DNA of 64,000 nt from Felis catus. Lineage: Eukaryota. The stretch lies in NCBI RefSeq assembly GCF_018350175.1, contig NC_058368.1, positions 224,442,001 to 224,506,000 on the forward strand. The letters run 5' to 3'. Shown here one piece after another: positions 52,520-64,000 of this stretch; the first letter of the stretch is position 1, and each line of letters begins with the position of its first letter. The notes below the pieces were generated by a model, which was given only the letters and a program-made list of their open reading frames with translations, ran no database searches and was not told the DNA's origin. A program made the position numbers and the translations under genes.

Positions 52520-53770
52520 TTTTCTATTATGCATTTCAAGCTCTGAGGATACTGAGATGACAAGTCCCTGACATCAGACAGCATATTTTTAAGAGGAGGC
52601 ACAATTTATTCACAAATAAAAATCATTAAAATTTTAAAAGTGTCATGGAGCAAAATAAAATATTGCAATGTGATAGACAATTCCTAGGGTAGAGGGAGGA
52701 TGTTGTTTTAGCTTGAATAGTTTTGAAAGGTCTCATTAATAATGGAGTATTTGATCCAAAACCAAAATCATGGGGAGTAAGTATTTATAAAAAAAAAAAC
52801 TAGGGATAACATGTTCAAGAAAAAAAAAAAAAACAATAAATTTGAACTTTTGTTTGATTTCCTGGGATTATTGAATTTGTGTGCATAATCAAAGCATAGT
52901 GAAAAGATTGCTAGAATATAAAAAATGAAGTTAAACATAGCAGGAGATGATATCAGAAAGGTAACAGTGGCTAAAACCTATAGAATTTGTTAGAAAATAG
53001 AAAGAAATTGAAAAGTTATCCTCATTAAGATGAGAAATCATTGGCAAGTTTTAAAGCCTGAGAATGTTATATTGTCACTTATCTTTTTTTTTTAACGTTT
53101 ATTTATTTTTGAGACAGAGAGACACAGAGGATGAACAGGGGAAGGTCAGAGAGAGAGGGAGACACAGAATCGGAAGCAGGCACCAGGCTCTGAGCTGTCA
53201 GCACAGAGCCCGACGCGGGGCTTGAACTCACCGACCGTGAGATCATGACGTCAGCCGAAGGCGGACGCTTAACCACTGAGCCACCCAGGAGCCCCTATTG
53301 TCACTTATCTTTTTAAGAGGCCACTCCATCTGTGTTGTTGGCATTAGATTGTAGAAGGTAAGAGTGGATAGGGAGTTTTAGTTAGAACTGGTAACTACAA
53401 GTTACTAGAATTTCTAACTACAAGTTAGAACAAGTAGTTCTCCAATGAGAAAACACATTGTCTTGAGCTAGGTAGATAGTAATGGAAGAGTTGAGATATT
53501 GACTATATTTACAATAATTTTTAATAATTTTACAAGATTTGCTGAGATTGTATTTGGGATGTGAGAGAATGATCACAATTATATATGATTCCTAGGTGTT
53601 GGCATTGAACAGGAAGATGGTTGGTAATTCTCTTGCCAGAGAAGGGAATGTGTGGAGAAGAATAAGATTGAAAAAGGTGGTTATGTATTATCTGTTAGAA
53701 CAGAAAATTGATAATGAGGTGGAAAGAAGGTGTATGGAAGGAATCAAAGTATTGACAAGACCAGGAAAAA
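52520..53770 (-). mobile_element. L2 fragments interrupted by a SINE
   Basis: ACAAGTCCCTGACATCA...TTGGCAAGTTTTAAAGC...AAGATTTGCTGAGATTG...GATTCCTAGGTGTTGGC. Confidence 0.6.
53089..53295 (-). mobile_element. CAN-SINE with long perfect TSD
   Basis: TSD TATTGTCACTTATCTTTTT at 53070-53088 and 53296-53314. Confidence 0.97.
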
Positions 53771-53779
53771 TGCTTTCCT

Positions 53780-53843
53780 TTAAAAAAAAAGTTTATTTAC
53801 TTTGAGAGAGAGAGAGATCACAAGGAAAGGAGGGGCAAAGAGC

Positions 53844-53893
<50 letters not shown>

Positions 53894-54020
53894 CCCACGC
53901 AGGCTCTGCACTGTCAGTGCAGAGCCCAAGACAGGGTGCAAACTCACAAACCATGAGATCATGACCTGAGCCAAAACCAGGTGTTGGATGCTAAACTAAC
54001 TGAGTCACCCAGGCACCCCC
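53780..54020 (-). mobile_element. CAN-SINE with long (GA)n and TSD
   Basis: TSD AAAATGCTTTCCT at 53767-53779 and 54021-54033. Confidence 0.95.
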
Positions 54021-54229
54021 AAAATGCTTTCCTGGTAGTAAATTGAATGATACTTGCACACAATTGTTTTGGAAAAGTAGAAGGTTTGAGGAGAGAAGAG
54101 AAAATTTAATACTCTTACCCCAGAATATCAAAACATAACTTACTAGGTCATCTAATTAAAACTGCTGGGGTGGGGTATGGCCATCTGAGGTTTGTACAGT
54201 TCATCTTAAAGCAGAACTGCGTGGAACCT

Positions 54230-55520
54230 TCAATTTTTTTAGAGAAAACACAGAAAAGGGAAAATATGATCAACTGCCCTGAAGTGTTCCCAGTTATTTA
54301 GGATGGAGAAAAAGACACAGACAGGGATTATATATATTTTGAAGGAAGCAAGTTAAAAGTGGACCATGGCAACTACACTAGGCAAGTGAGTTTAAACTAG
54401 AGGCAAATGAGATTAGAAGGAACGTGTGGGGAGTGGGATAGGGGCAATAAATTCATTGGAAGGCCCACTGAAATCCAATAATTACACGAGTAAGTATGCA
54501 AGAACTAGGAGACTGCAAAAATAGGAGGCAGAGTTTGATGTGTAAGATATTTGTAATAGGTGTTTTCAGAAGTCATTGTTCTTCGTCAAAAGATCCAAAC
54601 TAATTACGTAAAGGATGACAGCAACGTGAAGACTTGCTTTATTTATCTTGGGTAAACAAACCTATACAAATTTTGAATTTTAATTATTTTATTCTTTTGT
54701 CTTCTGCTTGCCACACTTCCTACCACGTCCTTTGGTCTTAGACATATTTTGTCTACATTTATCTTACCTAACATATCCCCAAGTTATAGTTATGTGAAAG
54801 TGAGCTGCAACCTAAGCCATGACTGTGAGAATAAATTAACGAAGCAAGGGGGAAAATGTCAAAAACTGAGGCTAAGGTGTTAAATGGATCATGCAATGGG
54901 TTCTGATACTTTCAAAGTCTTGATGGAAATCGGAGTGGATAGGAAGACAAGGTCAGTATTCGAATTATCCATAAAGTGTGAAAATAAAGGGGATTCTGTA
55001 GGTGATAGATTTGAGATAGAAAGAAGATTATATGGCTGCATAATAAAAGCTGCAAAACAGCGGGAAGTTTTATCCTCATGCTCCAACTTCTGTCCTTAAA
55101 GTAGGTGGAGTATGATGGAGACATGCTCTGTTTGAGTTGGCAGCAGTATGCATGGGTTCGCGTAGACAATATCAAGACACGACTTCGACAAAGTAGATAG
55201 AAGTGATATTTTCACAAAAGGGTTGAGACACAGTTTCGTCAAACAAAGAGGGAATTCAAGATGGACGGCAGACAGTTTTCTTGGAAAGGATAGGGAAATG
55301 GATGACAAAAGATAAGGCAATGCCTACAGAGAGTTTAAGCGATAAAGGATCTACAAGAAAGATTGATCTGCAGGTGACTGCAGTACACAGGTATTATATG
55401 GTGAATTCTGGTCACTACCTAGAAATATCTGAGCAAAGACATACAGCATTTTTATGACAAGTATCATACTTAGTGGTGATGTAGCCTGGGGTCATCATTG
55501 CTTCCTGGCCTGAACAGTGG
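54230..55520 (-). mobile_element. Probable degraded L2 internal (ORF2) region
   Basis: Purine-rich plus strand continuing the L2 block; no intact frame; family assignment tentative. Confidence 0.4.
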
Positions 55521-55683
55521 GGCTGAGGTAAAGGAAGAACTTATTCAGTGATAACATAAAAGTCAAGGAATAAAACCCAACATAAAAGCTGGATTGAATT
55601 TGCCTGTCAAATGATGAATCCGTAAGTTAGATTAAAGAAAAAATATCAGCTATACCCTTCATAATAAAAATACAACCACTCAA

Positions 55684-55872
55684 GGGTGCCTGGGTGGCTT
55701 AGTCAGGTAAGCATCTGACTCTTGATTTCAGCTCAGGTCGTGGTTTGTGAGGACTGACCCCTGTGTTGGGCTCCGCACTGACAGGAAGGAGCCTGCTTGG
55801 GATTCTTTCCCCCCGCCCCCTCTCAAAATAAATAAATAAACATTAAACACACACACACACACACACACACAC
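55684..55872 (+). mobile_element. CAN-SINE (older) with (CA)n at the tail
   Basis: GGGTGCCTGGGTGGCTTAGTCAGGTAAGCATCTGACTCTTGATTTCAGCTCAGG. Confidence 0.92.
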
Positions 55873-56696
55873 ATGCATCAACTCAATGATAAAGCAAAGT
55901 GAAAAAGTCATGGGGTAGTCCAATATACATCAGACAAATGCAAATAAATTTGTAAGGTTGGTAAAACAAATACCCAATAAATAAGAATGAAGGCACAGCA
56001 GCCTTTAAAGAAAATCCCAGGAGTGTTTTTGCTCAACAAATCTCCACACTCTGAGAAAGCCAGATCAGCTATAAATCTTAATGAGCCAAAGACAATAGTA
56101 GTGAAATACACAAAGCAAAACTCTTAAGCTACAAAGATAAGGTTATAAAACCACAACATAATGAGTGACTGTGATATATAGCTTTCAGAGATGATTGATG
56201 AAGTAAATCTAATTGAAAAATCATTTATGGGCTTTACATCACACAACCAGCTAGTTCTATTAAGTAACATTGTCTCAGACGTAGGACTTCCTATAGAAGC
56301 TTTATACTTTGAGTGCTTGGAAAAGTTCACGGAGAGAGGAATTTTGTTATTCTCTTGGAGGACATAAATTACCACAGCAAGTTTAGAAAATAATTTGACC
56401 AAGAATATATACACCTTTAGGGTCCTAATTACATTTTGAGGAGTCTATCTTACAGAAATAAAAGAGAAATCCATGTGTGTATTAATTAAAGTGCTATTGT
56501 TATTATAATAAAAAAATGGAAACTAAGGTGGTAAAGGGATACATTTAAATATTATTGAATACCATGTAACCACTAAAAACATTAAAAGAATGTGATGGAT
56601 TCTTAATGGAGGAAGACTGATTTGGAAGAATTTCAAAATAGTTTCAGGAAAGAAGAAACACATTTCAGACTAATATGACTACCATGTTCTCATATG

Positions 56697-56907
56697 TTTA
56701 ATTTAATTTATCACTTTTTTTTGAGAGACAGAGGGAACGAGCATGAGCAGGGGAGCATCAAAAGAGAGAAGGGGTCCCAAACAGACTCCAGTCTGTCAGC
56801 ACAGAGCCAGACAGGGAGCTGGGATCGCTCCCACCAACCATGAGATCATGACCTGAGAAGAAATCAAGAGTCGGAGGCTTTACTGTCTGAGCCACCCAGG
56901 CACCCCC
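56697..56907 (-). mobile_element. CAN-SINE
   Basis: CATGAGATCATGACCTGAG...CTGAGCCACCCAGGCACCCC. Confidence 0.93.
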
Positions 56908-57036
56908 AATGTTTTAATTTTAAAAACTCTCTTTGGATGTGTGTTTCAATGGCATACTTCCAGAAGCATAACACTGTTAAAATGCATCCCAGATTTTTAA
57001 GTGTTTAAGTCGTGGAGTTAGAACTGGCAGTAGTGA

Positions 57037-57258
57037 GGGGCGCCTGGGTGACTCCATCAGTTGAGCGGTGGATTATGGCTCAGGTCATGATCTCACAGTT
57101 TGTGGCTTTGAACCACACCCCCCCACACCCACCCCCTGTCAGGCTCTGTGCTGACAGCTCAAAGCCTGGAGACTGCTTCAGATTCTATGTCTCCTTCTCT
57201 CTCTGCCCCCCACCCCCAGCTAATACCCCACCTCTGTCTCTCAAAAAATGAATAAAAA
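57037..57258 (+). mobile_element. CAN-SINE with C-rich internal expansion
   Basis: GGGGCGCCTGGGTG head; AACCACACCCCCCCACACCCACCCCC replaces the normal AGCCCCGC. Confidence 0.9.
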
Positions 57259-57566
57259 TGTTTATTTATTTATTTTTTTAAATGGCGGTGGTGAGTGAAA
57301 GACTTTGTACCTTTGGACGTTGTAGACGGAATGAAGATGGAGAAGCCATGGGTGCCACTGAGCTACGGCGGTGGGTGACAGGTGCTCATAAAGTATTTAT
57401 TCGTGTGTAGCCTCAGTGCCTAGTAGCAGAGATCAAGCTTCCTTCCAATGTACTTCCAAGCTCAAGATCCCAAGGCTTAGTTTAAGGACAGACTTATTTT
57501 AAACATAAATCTAACAATTCTGGAAAACAAGAAGTAGAGTTCTCCCTATAAAAAATTATGGGCTGA

Positions 57567-57781
57567 GGGGCACCTGGGTGGCTCAGTTGGTTAAGCGGCC
57601 GACTTTGGCTCAGGTCATGATCTCGCGGTCTGTGAGTTCGAGCCCCGCATCTGGCTCTGTGCTGACAGCTCAGAGCCCAGAGCCTGTTTCAGATTCTGTG
57701 TCTCCCTGTCTCTGACTCTCCCCTGTTCATGCTCTGTCTCTCTCTGTCTCAAAAATAAATAAAACATTAAAAAAATTAAAA
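57567..57781 (+). mobile_element. CAN-SINE with TSD
   Basis: TSD AAAAAATTATGGGCTGAG / AAAAAATTATGTGCTGAG. Confidence 0.96.
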
Positions 57782-58379
57782 AAAAAATTATGTGCTGAGA
57801 CATCTTCTACACTTGACAAGACTAGTCCCTTTGGAGTTTGTGTCAACTATTTGAACAATCCTCGCAATGTCTCTGCATGCTTTTAGATTATGTGCTTGCA
57901 GCCCAACACTTTCCTCTGGAGAAGAAAGGTGAAAGGAAGACAGGGTTCCTTCCTTTTCAAAGGCTACACAGCTAATGCCACTCTGGTAGGTCAAGATGGC
58001 TTTTGTTTTCTGTATTGTAAATTTGGTTGTAACTTCGAAAGAAATAGACATTTTAAGTGTGAATATATTTTAAAATATTGAATGATGAAATGTTGATCAA
58101 TTAAAATATGATAAAATATGTTTCAAATATTAAAAATGAGTCATGATTTTGAATGCTTTCAGCCTGCCGAACAATAATATTACAGTTTTACCTATGTTAA
58201 ATGATTTAACTCTCATAACTTCCCATGCAGAAGCTGGGGTATATAAAAGTTCATGTTTCTCAGGACCACACACATCTTAAATGGAGAAGATGATTTCAGA
58301 CATCCCGTAGTAAGGCAAACATATTAGTAATCGCCAAAAGATATTACTAGTTTAAATAAAGAACCTTGGGGATTTCTTA

Positions 58380-59210
58380 AGACAAATGATGAGAAGGAAT
58401 GGAACAGGCAAACACAAAAACAAAAACCTGTATTAATAGAAACATCAAATAAAATAGAATTCAATACAACTGGTACAAAGGGGAGAAGTAATACCTCTTA
58501 TCATAAAGTTTACAATCCACCAATAAGATACAATAGCTGAGAATTTTTCTTATCACAACACAAGCTCCAGGTACACAAGACTGAGCGAGTAAACATAAAA
58601 TCATCTTAACAAATATAGTACTATGACAGATGAATCTAACATACACCTCCTGGGAATCAACGGATTACAAAATATAGTAAAAAGATGAGGAATGTTTGAA
58701 AGACAGTTAAGAAGTTCTGAACAGAATATATCTTTAAGGAAAACTCTCTACTTTTCCAAAACAAATTTTGTGCAAGTCACGATCACTGACCACAAAGCAA
58801 TATTACCGGATTATGACAAAAAAATACCATACACAGATATATAAACACATTTCACATTTAAATATCAAAAATGCATTCCAACATGACTCTAGCTAATGAA
58901 GAATTCAAATTATTTAAGATAAACAACAAAATGAACACTGCTCAGGAATATTGATAGGATTTAGCTAAACTGCCAATCAGAGAAATCCATAATATGAAAT
59001 TATGGATTAAATTCATATAAATTATTTAAAAATATAAAATAATTATTTAAGCTTTCATACAAAGAATGAGAGAAACAATTTCAAACAAAGTAAAATATGA
59101 GGTAGAAAATTAATAAGGATTCTCCCAAAAAAGTTAAGTTGAAAAATTAACATAATTGAATAAAATAAAAAAATATTATTCCAAATAATCTGTAAAATAA
59201 GTAAATTACA
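58380..59210 (+). mobile_element. Highly degraded L1M ORF2 fragment
   Basis: A-rich; AAAGTTTACAATCCACCAATAAGATACAATAG; CACTGACCACAAAGCAAT. Confidence 0.55.
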
Positions 59211-59289
59211 ATTTCAAAACAAAACCTATGTCCTCAGTCCTGTGTTTCTCCATACCCAGATTTATTTTTGTATCGTTTTGTACATTATA

Positions 59290-59480
59290 ACAATTATACA
59301 CATTTAAATTTTTTTATATTAGGGTTTATGTCCATATCTCACCACTAAAGTGTTAGTTCGTTAAGAACAAGTTTGTATGTGTGTATGTGTATGTGTGTGC
59401 ATGTGTTTAGTGATATATTCTAATTTTCTATAACAGTGGCACACAACAGGAATTCAATAAATATTTTAGGAATAAATAAT
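59290..59480 (+). mobile_element. L2 3' end
   Basis: TCTCACCACTAAAGTGTTAGTTC...AACAGTGGCACACAACAGGAATTCAATAAATATTT. Confidence 0.65.
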
Positions 59481-59650
59481 TATTTGTAATGTGATAGAGT
59501 ATAAGAAATAAATGTACAGAAGAGATATCGATGTAACTATTTTTTAATTGATGTATAACAGAAAAAATGTCTGGGATAAAACTCACAAAACAGTTAACAC
59601 AGATTACATCTAATTAAAAAGGCCACAGTTTGAGTTTAAAGATCTTTACT

Positions 59651-59785
59651 CAACTATGTCTGCTGGCAGATGGTAACTACACTTACTGTGCTGAGCATTG
59701 CATAATGTAGAGAATGGTCGAATCGCCATGTTTTACTCCTAAAACTAAATAACACTGTATGTCAATTACTCTTCGATTAACAATA
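59651..59785 (+). mobile_element. 5'-truncated L1 3' end (carnivore L1/L1MA-type) with TSD
   Basis: CAGATGGTAACTACACTTACTGTGCTGAGCATT...CACTGTATGTCAATTA; TSD AAAGATCTTTACT at 59638-59650 and 59786-59798. Confidence 0.85.
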
Positions 59786-60099
59786 AAAGATCTTTACTGT
59801 TTACTCATAGTCTTTTGAACACATTGAATTGTGGGTAAATTAAAGACATCTTTGCTCTTTGTGCTTTTCTGATTGTTCACATTTTAATAAATTTTAATAA
59901 AGTATCGGGGACATAGATGATGGCTTATGAGACAACCATAAACCAGTTTTATTGTTCGTAAACTCTGCAGAATTGCTCAGTGAGTGGGATATAAAATTTA
60001 ATCTGTCTTCCACTGGAGAAGTCCTATGCATTGAACTTCCTCCCAAAAGAATACTTTACCTAATTTGAACAAAGGACACAAGTGATCTTGCTAACAGAA

Positions 60100-60431
60100 A
60101 GAATGAGTGGGGGGAAATAATGAAAAGTTGGTCAAAGGATACAAAGTTTTGGTCATGCAGGAAGACTAAATTCTAGATCCCTGAGGTGCAGCACAGAGAC
60201 TACAGTCAATGTATACAATTGTACACTTGCAACTTGGTAGGATAGTTGATCCTAAGTGTTCTCCCCAGTCACACAAAAGAATGATATCTGTGTGAAGTGA
60301 TGGAAATGTTAATGAGCTTGATTTTTGTTATCCCTTCACAATACATATGCAAATTACAACATCTTGTTGCACACCTTAAGTATACACAACTTCTATTGTC
60401 AATTATACCTCAATAAAGCTGAGGGGCAAAA
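60100..60431 (+). mobile_element. L1MA9/10-like 3' UTR fragment
   Basis: GTTGGTCAAAGGATACAAAGTTT...GTGAAGTGATGGAAATGTTAAT...TGTCAATTATACCTCAATAAAGCTG. Confidence 0.85.
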
Positions 60432-61219
60432 GGCACTGTGCTAAGTGAAGCTTCACAGACAGAAACACAGAAAATGTATGTTATTAAGTATCCATGACTG
60501 ACTGAACAAGACAGACCATATTGGGGGCCAGACACCAAAACTCAATATATTTAAAATAATAAAAATACAAGAAATCATTATCAAAAGTATATCTTCATGA
60601 TGCCTACCTCTGTAGAAATAAAGTGGCATGCTTCCAGATAATCCACAAATAGAAGAGAATGGCACAAGAAAAATTATAAAACATTTTGGTATGAATGAAA
60701 ATGAAAGCATCATATACTAAAAAGTGTGGGATGCAGCTAACACAATCTCTAGAGGGAAATTTATAGCATAAATGTTTACGTTAGAAAAGAAGAGAGCCTC
60801 AAATCAATGATTTTTACTTCCAACCAGATAATCACAATAGAAGAAAGTGAATTAAACACAAGCAGACAGAAATCAATGAAACAAAACAGATAAAGAGTAG
60901 AGATAATTAATGAACTAAAGATAGTTCTTGAAATTATCAATGAAAGTGATAAGCCTCTAGCTATAAGCATCAGAAAAACAAAATACAAATTTCCAATACT
61001 AGAAATGAAAGAGAAGGTATAATTTCAGACTTTACAGACATTGAAGGATAATACAGGGAATATTACGAAGAACATTATGTCATTAAACCTGATAAGTTTA
61101 AGTTACTGGAAGACTTCTTGAAAGGCAGTTATTACCAAAACTCAATCAGGAAGATATAGGAAATCTAATAATATGGTACATAGTAAGTAAGTTATATTTA
61201 TTATTAAAAACTACCCAAT

Positions 61220-62815
61220 TCGAGTCCTGTAAGCTAGATTGGAGACAGAGATATAAATTCATCTTTAAATATGTGTATACACACAAATATGTACCATGTA
61301 TGCATACACACTATATACACATACTATTATACATTCATACACACATAGGAAAATATGTATACATACACACAGATAAATACATGTATATGTGTACACATGG
61401 ATTAGTCTACATACTTACATTTCATAGCACTGTCCGATTGGAGGGCTTAGAAAAACAACATCTCAGGAGCAAAAAGACACCTAACAAATGCTGATCCTGG
61501 CTTTTAAATATCATTCTCCATTGACAGCAGTCCCAGGTCCTTGGAGAAATCATTACCCCTAAACAGAGGCAGGAAAAAGCAAAATGAATTTTCTTGAGGT
61601 TCCAAAAAGTAGGGAAGTGGAAAAAAGAGTTTTTGTTTTTGTTTTTGTTTTTTTCCAAAGAGGCCTATAATAAGGACAAAAAGAGAGAAAAAAATCCAGC
61701 TCATCCTTTTAGAAAAATTCTAATTTAAAAATGTAGAGGGAATAAGAAAAACAGAAAATTGCTACTAGAACATCTGCAAATAATTGTTGAAGATCTTTTT
61801 TTATGCGCAAAGTATCTCCCCAAAATACTTACTAATCTCTGTGATTGTTAACACATGTTACTCCAGTTTCTCTGGCTTCTCCCTCAAAGAGGTGAAGTTT
61901 GATCCCCCAATTCTTAGGGTGAGTGTGGGCTGTAATTAGTGGCTCATTTTGAAGGAATAGAGTATTGAAACAGAAAAACAGTAATTTTACAGTGAGCAAA
62001 CTTGGAAGGCCCAACTTTAACTAACTGATCAAGATTAAAGTCATCAGTAATAAGATACATTTATTATCTGTATCCTCTGATATGATACAATGAGGCTCTG
62101 AAGTATTTTCTCAAATATTCATAAGATCATTCTAACCACCAGTAAAAATCATACAAAGTCATAATATGGAGGTGATATTGTGATTTATAATAAAAAATAT
62201 ATATGTGTGTCTGGTCTTTGTCCTTGTTTCTGGCAGAGAAATCCTAAAAGTCTCGGAATTTCCTAAGTGATAAAAGCAATTAAAAAAAAGTGTCCTTTTT
62301 TATTTTAATAAGGTGCCTTTTGGAAAGTTCCACTGGAGCCAACTATGTGATTAGAGGTTGGAACTTTATGTTCCAACCCCAATCTCTGGCATGAGGAATG
62401 AGGTTGGAGATTGAAGTGAATCACCAACTCATCAGAGAACTCCCAGTTGGTGAAAATTAAGAGATTCAAAGAGAGTGACCTTGTCCAAGGTCAAGAAAGA
62501 CAAAAAGGTTTGAGGAACTGTCACAGACTGTGTAATACTAAGGAAGCACAAAATCCAGAAGGAATGTGGTATCCTGGATTGGATCATGGAAGCAAACAAA
62601 AGAAGATATTGGGAAAAACCAAGTAGAATCTGAATAAAGTTTGTAGTATCGTTCATTGTAGTGCACGGCAGTCAATTTCTTAGTGTTGAGAACTGTACCC
62701 TAAATATGTAAGATGTTAACTGGAGGAGAGGCTGAATGAGGGTCTATAGGAGCTCTGTACTGTCTTCTCAATTCTTCAATTAGCATAAACTTATTTCAAG
62801 ATAAAAAAGTTTCAA
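61220..62815 (+). mobile_element. L1MC3/L1MD-like 3' UTR inserted in the L1 ORF2 segment
   Basis: TAGCACTGTCCGATTGGAGGGCTTAGAA; GTGGTATCCTGGATTGGATCATGGAA; GTAAGATGTTAAC...CTCTGTACTGTCTT. Confidence 0.75.
62171..62430 (+). mobile_element. MER21-like ERV LTR fragment
   Basis: GTGATATTGTGATTTATAATAAAAAATATATAT...GGAATTTCCTAAGTGATA...ATGTGATTAGAGGTTGGAACTTT...AATCACCAA. Confidence 0.7.
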
Positions 62816-64000
62816 AGAAAATCCAAACAGAAAAAAAAGTCTGGCCAAAGAGTTTCACTATTGAACTCTGCCAAATGTTTAAGGAAGAATTAATACTAAC
62901 TCTACACAAACTGATTAAGAAATTAGAAGAGAAAGTAATGTTTCTCAAGTTGTTTTGTGAGCTAGATGTAACCCTGAAACCATACCAACAAAGATACTGC
63001 ACAAAGAGAAAACTACTCATCGATACCCTTAATGAATAGGGAAAGAAACGCCCTCACCAAAATGTTAGTAAACAAAACACAGCCATATATCTGAAAAAGA
63101 TAATACACATGAACAAGATTGGTTTAATCCCAAACATGCAATGTTGGTTTATCATCCAAAAAAAAGCCAATTCATGTAATTCACCTGATCAACACACACT
63201 GAAAATGAAAAAATCATATGACCCTCAAAATTCAGCATCCGTTTGTTAAAAAAGTAACAAAGTGGAAAATATAAGGGGACAGCCTTCAGCTTACAAAGGG
63301 AGTCTGCAAATAACCTACAGCTAAAATTATATGTGTATTTGTACTAATGGCAATATGTCTCTTTTTTTCTTTACCTCTTATGACGATATATTTTTGTTTT
63401 CTATCTCCCACTGACTATCCATTTTTATTATTGATATTTTCCATCAAGTGACACAGGCTGAGTGGTATAATGTCATATTTCTTCTATCCAGCCCTAATCC
63501 ACTCCCTGGCTGTACCTTAGGCAACCCCTGTATTACAAAATCTAGTCCTTGCTTTTGAGTTATGTCATTACCACCGGTCAAAGCATTTTGGGAAAGGAGG
63601 TAAGTGCAATAATTATAAATAATGTTAACTTAAAAGTACAGAAAAATATAGTGTACAGAGGCTGAAAGATAACGCTGAAAAGACCGGCGAAAGAAAAATA
63701 AAGGCATGGGTTTCTTCATCTTCCATAATGTGAACAGATGAGACTTTGTTTAAAACTGAAGAAAAGGTAAGACAATTTTACTTACAATATTTAAAGTCAT
63801 TGATACAATGAATAAAACAGCTAAAAATAATGGCACAATTGTTGGCAATGTAACAGAACATACTTCTGAGAAGTTCTATTGTGAGATAAGTTTTATGTCT
63901 TTCACAGAAAAGCATCAATAGACATCACTCGAAGTTGGTAACATAGGAAGCAGAGAGGTTCAGGCTTTGAATCACAATGAGAAGTCTGCTCTGTGATTAT

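Larger units (their letters stand above)
60480..63330 (+). mobile_element. Degraded L1M ORF2 segment, interrupted at ~61220-62815
   Basis: TGTGGGATGCAGCTAA...AGAGGGAAATTTATAGCATAAATG; resumes with TTTCACTATTGAACTCTGCCAAATGTTTAAGGAAGAATTAATAC. Confidence 0.85.

Noticed and set aside
54880..55330. Cluster of ORFs that might suggest an endogenous viral element
   Set aside because: No viral motif recognised; the strand purine skew and context fit degraded L2 better
491..57781. tRNA-like A/B box sequences
   Set aside because: These are SINE heads followed by CT-rich bodies, poly-A and TSDs; no standalone tRNA gene is visible
469..57803. Recurrent short ORFs of the type MAQSVKRPTSAQVMIS...SGSVLTAQSLEPASDSVSPSLS (e.g. 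3051, 19977, 23623, 37465, 45141)
   Set aside because: They are translations of CAN-SINE copies, not a gene family

Overview
AT-rich mammalian genomic DNA, almost certainly from a felid: it carries 33 tRNA-derived CAN-SINE copies with the feline SINEC_Fc-type body (GAGCCTGGAGCCTGCTTCGGATTCTGTGTCTCCCTCTCTC...). The window is dominated by fossil transposable elements: CAN-SINEs, old L1M/L1MC/L1MA and carnivore L1 fragments, L2 and MIR relics, MaLR (MLT1) and MER21-like LTR pieces, and DNA-transposon MITEs (MER53, MER58, MER3/33, MER47/Tigger5). Microsatellites are also present. I recognise no protein-coding exon, RNA gene, CRISPR array or intact viral gene; the supplied ORFs are repeat-derived or chance frames. 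The region reads as intergenic or as part of a large intron. I found no convincing novel biological system. The most interesting signals are retrotransposition events (a chimeric two-headed SINE under one TSD, SINEs re-inserting into an older SINE's TSD, multi-level nesting, same-strand SINE clustering), a few G4 and regulatory-looking motifs, and weak plus-strand splice signals. Repeat family names come from recalled consensus sequences rather than a database search, and boundaries of old repeats are approximate.
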